Assembly: GCF_009914755.1 (NCBI RefSeq)
Contig: NC_060925.1
Length of the DNA: 64,000 nt
Strand: one strand, 5' to 3'
Source of the DNA: the human T2T-CHM13v2.0 reference genome, Homo sapiens
Made by a program: the position numbers and the translations under genes. The notes below the pieces were generated by a model that was not told the DNA's origin, searched no databases, and saw nothing but the letters and a program-made list of their open reading frames with translations. Shown piece after piece: positions 58,492-64,000 of the stretch. The stretch's first letter is position 1; the number at the start of each line of letters is the position of its first letter.

Positions 58492-58857
58492 CAATATGGT
58501 TTGGCTGTGTCTCCACCCAAATCTCATCTTGAACTGTAGTTCCCATAATCCCCATGTGTTGTGGGAGGGACCCAGTGGGAGGTAATTTAATCATAGGGGT
58601 GGTTACCCTCGTGCTGTTCTCATGATAGTGAGTTTTCACGAGATCTGATGGTTTTATAAGGGGCTTTTTCCCCTTTTGCTTTGGTACTTCTCTTGCCTGC
58701 CACCGTGTAAGACGTGTTTTTGCTTCTCCTGTGCCTTCCACCATGATTGTGAGGCCTCCCCAGCCATGTGGAACTGTGAGTCCATTAAAACTTTTCCTTT
58801 ATAAATTACCCAGTCTCGGGTATGTCTTTATCAGCAGCGTAAGAACAGACTAATACA
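58492..58857 (+). mobile_element. THE1 (probably THE1D) MaLR solo LTR
   Basis: ATATGGTTTGGCTGTGTC...ACTAATACA; 5-bp TSD GTGGT at 58487-58491 and 58858-58862. Confidence 0.92.
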
Positions 58858-58897
58858 GTGGTTAAGAACATAAGCTTTAGAGTCAGACACACTTGGT

Positions 58898-59148
58898 ATT
58901 TATTTATTTATTTTAGAGACAAGATCTTACTCTGTCACCCAGGCTGGAGTGCAGTGGTACAATCATGGCTCACAGTACCCCTGACCTCCTGGGCTCATGT
59001 GATCCTCCCATCTCAGCCAAGACTACAGGCACATGCCACTGCGCCTAAGTCTCACTATGTTGCCCAGGCTGGCCTCTGAACTTAAGCGATCCTCCTGCTT
59101 TGGCCCCCCAAAGTGCTTGGATTACAGATGTGAACCACTCCACCAGGC
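58898..59148 (-). mobile_element. AluJ, internally deleted
   Basis: J-type arms, linker missing. Confidence 0.85.
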
Positions 59149-59518
59149 GCTACACCTATGTTTTGAACCCTATTCTACTGCTTATGAGGTATACAAAATG
59201 GGGAAAGCTTTTAAAAATTCCATTTTTATCAGTTTTATTATACGTAAAGTGAGAATAATAATATCTGTTGCATAGAATTGTTAATAGTGGTTGTTGAGAA
59301 CCCCTACATCAGAGGGCTGTGATTAAATGAGATTATATGAAAGGAAGCACTTATCACGGTGCTCAGTCTAAAGGAAGTGTTAAATGGTGGTATTATTACT
59401 TTGATAAGAAATGTTGACTGTTGATGAATTTACTACTTCATGTCTTGAAATCATTGATGACATGATTGAACTTTTAAGATGGAGGTCCATCTTCTTACAT
59501 ATAAAAATATATCTGCGA

Positions 59519-59840
<322 letters not shown>

Positions 59841-62800
59841 TCAAATACTTATTATCTCCTCTATAAATGCAAGAAAAGTTTCCTCTCCTCTCACTTGCCT
59901 CATTTCTGTAATTAACTGTTGCCACCCCTCCAAATACCTTCACAGCAGCAAAGATAACTTTACATTTTTATGGACTTAAAATGTGAAGGCATTAACTCAG
60001 GTATACTAGTTCGCTTGTCCTTCACAATTGCCCTGTCATGCAGGTATTATTCTCATTTCAAAGATTAGGAAACACCCTCAAAAAGGCTGGATGACCTGCC
60101 AAAATCATGTAGCATGCAAATAGAAAAGTTGGGGTGGAAACACAGGCTTTTTCATTCTTTCCCACCACATGAGTCTTTGACAAAGCAGGAAATAAATGGT
60201 TGAATCTTCCTTTGACTTATATCTCCCCTTCCTGGTACACAATGTCATCAGATTCTGCAAAAAGTTGACCAGTGCATGTATGAGTAGGGAGGCATCCCAT
60301 TTTCCATGGATACCAATGCAGGAAGCAGTTGTTAGTTCTTCATTCTAGACTGCCACTGGGCAGTTGTGGTTTTATCGCTTTTATTTAAAACAGGGAAAAC
60401 AGGCAGCTGTAATTCAGCATTTGTTAAAAAGGAAAACTGAGTCATTTGTTTTTCGCTGATTTCCATTCTAACCTCCCTCTGTGCTGATAGAAGTCAAATA
60501 GCTCCCAGACCTTTTGGTGATTCATCCACATATTGGCAGCTAGTCTGGGATTCCAATTCAGTTCCTAGAGCACTAATTTCCTATTTTCTCCTTGTTTCAG
60601 AAATTATCACAAAAGACTTTAATTACCACTGTGAGCATCCAAAGAAAGGATAAGATCGGGTTGGTTTTGCAAACTGCTAGGCTCTTTCAACCCTGAAGAT
60701 GGGCCTTTTGGACTGGAGCCTGCAGGTGAAATGCATCACCAGCCATCTTTGTAAAAGGTGAAAGAACCAGCTTCACGGGGACCTGGGGCTCAGACTTCAC
60801 TCACACTTCTGAGAAGAAGTAAGGAAAAGAAAAAATGGAGAGGAAGGAGTGAAGAGGGGAAAGACTAGAAAAGTTAAAGGCAGACAGAAGGGGAAGCCAC
60901 TAGCTTCGGGTCCTCCTCACTGGTTCCTTTCCTTGGAGCAGGGAAACTCACAGGTGCAGGGGCACTGGAAGTGGCTATCTGCCTTCCGCCTCCCTCCTCT
61001 TGTCCCACAGAGGCTCACAGCCTGGATTGCCTGTAGTTGAGCACTTTCACAACATTGCTTACCAGCTGCTCCCCACTGTAGAGGATGTTGTCAGATTACT
61101 TAATATTAATCTCTCTTGATTAGATTGCAAATTATACTTGAAGTTGTTTTAGTGAAGTCTGTATTCTATTTTCATTCAAATTAAAGGGTAAGATTTGTGA
61201 AAACATTCCCAACAGCTTTGGTAAAACAGTTTAATTAATTGGATTTGAAAACATTGGCTCCAAGACTGAATTTCAGCCAGCAATAAATGTCTCCAAGGGG
61301 CATATAAGATTCTTTAGGGTTCAAGTACATTTGTTAAAAAAACTCTTTTAAATAAAATAGTCTAAGACACGCCTAGTGCAAGTAAACTCCCATTATGGCC
61401 TAGGTTGTTAAGCCCTTGCATCAGTTTCCTTCAGCTACTGGAAGTAAGAAAAAAAGTGCACCCCAGAGCAATCTTTCTGCTGGTGTCACATCTCCTGCAT
61501 CAACCTGGAGTGGCCATTAAACATACAGACTCCCAGGCTCCATGGCTGAACTACTCAATGGGAACATCTGGGAGTGAGGCCCAGGAATCTGAATGTTTAG
61601 CAAGGTTTCCAGGTGGCTCTGATGCACGCACCTAGCATTTGAGAAGCACTCCAGAGGAGATCAGAAAGACAGGCCAGTTTTCCACTGGAGTAAGTGCCAG
61701 GGTTTGCCTTCAGGCTCTCTTGTCCAAGTCCAGTTAATTCTCACAGCTTCAGGATCACTACAAACCAATCACTGCTGGAGGGAAAGTGGGACTGGTTTAC
61801 ACGAAGAAAATATAACACTGGCTTCTATTACATCACCAAGCATAACACACCAAAACCAAACATGCAAATGTTGGGGAATTTTCACTTATTGAATTATGTA
61901 ACAGCTCTGAAATCTTTTATGTGATGTTGTCATTTGACTGCACAGTTATTTATCCATTTTTAACTCAAGGAAAAAGACTTCATAAATATAAAGAATGTTT
62001 TATGACAACAAAGGCATATTCTTTCTGCAATCTTAGATTGTTAGTAACCAGAATCTCCTTACAAAATATATACACATATATTTTTAAGTTACAAAATAGA
62101 CTGGGCCTGTCTGGGTTAAGCCAATAATTTGGTGGGCTCAAATGACACAACTCAAGCAAGTGCAGCTGTGGCTTTGCCAGCATTTTATTTACTCAGTCTC
62201 TTTGGACTTACCTGATGCAATGACTCTGTCAAGGCTGCTCCAGTGAAGGAAGACATCTCATAAAGCTTCATCTCAAACCAGTTTACCAATTATGTAAACA
62301 GTTTTTGAGGGTTGTCTATGTGCCAGGCAATTATGCTGGGTACTTATGGATAGAATTAAGCATGGTATTAAAAGAGCGCCTCTCAGCTTTTAGCTGTGTG
62401 TCACAACTACCTGTGAAGTTTTTTGAGAATACTAAAGTATAGGCCTTACCACACACCCACTGAACTAGAACCTTCAGGAGCAGCATCCAGGCAACTGAAT
62501 TTATAAAAATCTCTCCAGGTGACCTTAATGCAGAACCAAAATTAAAAACCACTGTGTTAAATCCTACAAAGAGCCTTCCCCTTCTGAGAAGTTTCAGTCT
62601 ATGGGAGATATACTGATGTAAATCCATCCACAATAGGACATGTAGTAAGAACACATTTTAAAGAAAACACATCAGTGATAGATAACATCAAATATGACAT
62701 AGAAACAAATGTATAGACAGAAGAATAAATAAAATTGACAGAGGTTAGGGAAAGCAAGGAGACATTTCTGGGCAGATTCTATTGTATCTGGTTGGCAGGA

Positions 62801-63774
62801 GAAATAACAGATTCTGCTATTCATTTTTCGTAATACTAAATTAAAGGCTCAGCAAAAGTTTCCAGTATAAAAAGCAATGCTTTACTTTTTCAAAATTCTG
62901 ATATATTTGAAACTATATACAAATTTACAAAGAAATTATCTAGAATATATATACTTTTTATTAAAAATATACAACTTTTAAAATTTAGGTTAGAGCTACA
63001 GATGACTAAGTCCTACATAAGACTTGTGTATGTTGTCCAGGAAAAATAAAAGACTAGACTAATATGCTGTGAACATACATATGAACATGTATCACATCCA
63101 TGTTTAAATGAATTCCAGGCAGTCATATATTAAATGAAAAGAAATCAAAGGTTTGCAGTCTGGCTAATGAGAGGTTCTCTGAAGGGCATTCTGTGGAATG
63201 CATTTCTCTTGGCAAGTTGCTATGGTGGACTCAATTCAATTCTAAGCAGATTTCTTTAATCCTTGTTTCTAAGTGGGTCAGCACCATCTGATTTTAAGTA
63301 TTATTGCAAGAGACATAGGCACGATGATTACTACAACCACCCTTCCCTGGAAAGTTGCTTTTCCTTTGATAATGCTTGGAAGACCCAATTCACACAAGTT
63401 GAAAAGTCTCAGGTAGGACCAGCACTGTCACAGGAGAGGGGACAAACCGAGTACAGCTGGTGGCTTTCAGATGATAAACATGCCAAAAATTCCATCGAGT
63501 TTTTTTTTTTTAATATGCTGCTTAGGAAAAATGCTTAAGTAGCTTACTATATTCTTTATATTGGTTCAGGAAGATTCCGTTGGATAATCTGAGGACATGG
63601 TCTTGAAGAGAATATTCAGAGTTGGGAGGATAAACATATCATTTGAAAATCAGAAAATCTAAACCAGTTAATTGTGTGGTTAGTCCTCACCAGAGACAAT
63701 TATCAAGAGGAGGGCCGGGGAGACTGTTTCAAGATGGCTGCTTGGTGCTACTCGTCAACTTGGGACCCTATGTG

Positions 63775-64000
63775 TACACCAGCATTTTCCTGAGTTCTCT
63801 AATTGTTTGTAGTTTGTCAGTGATTCTCTTTGGGTTTTTATGTTTATTCATTTCCAAGTTTTTTTGCCTCTACATTCTTTCACTTGTTTAATGGTATTGG
63901 CTGATATTTCCAATACAGTGTTAAATAGTAAATTGTAGGAGCAGCGGGCATTCTTGTTACGTTTCTCTCTATCAGGATGCTGCCAGTGTTGTTTGCCCAT
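63775..64000 (-). mobile_element. Old L1M fragment
   Basis: TTTCCAATACAGTGTTAAATAG...GGGCATTCTTGT is reverse L1 ORF2 text. Confidence 0.6.

Overview
Human genomic DNA containing the 5' part of ABCA4 (retinal ABC transporter, Stargardt disease gene) on the minus strand. It holds coding exons 1-7 (c.1-858, residues 1-286, all with GT-AG boundaries), introns 1-6, part of intron 7, the proximal promoter (~39.35-39.45 kb) and ~24.6 kb of upstream intergenic DNA. The non-coding DNA is dense in repeats (Alu, MaLR/ERVL LTRs, MER DNA transposons, L2, MIR, old L1). A full-length but dead L1PA4/5-type LINE-1 lies at 52.3-58.5 kb (+), followed directly by a THE1 solo LTR. No bacterial-type systems are present and nearly all listed ORFs are chance ORFs. 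The best new hypothesis concerns this L1: its antisense promoter faces ABCA4 and it carries an open, extended ORF0 (138 aa) that runs through a strong phase-0 splice donor, so splicing to ABCA4 exon 2 would give an in-frame ORF0-ABCA4 chimera. This is inference, not demonstrated. Also visible are several latent pseudoexons matching known deep-intronic Stargardt alleles, a 5'UTR uORF, inverted Alus around exons 2-3 and candidate enhancers. Repeat subfamily calls and variant names are from memory, without database searches.
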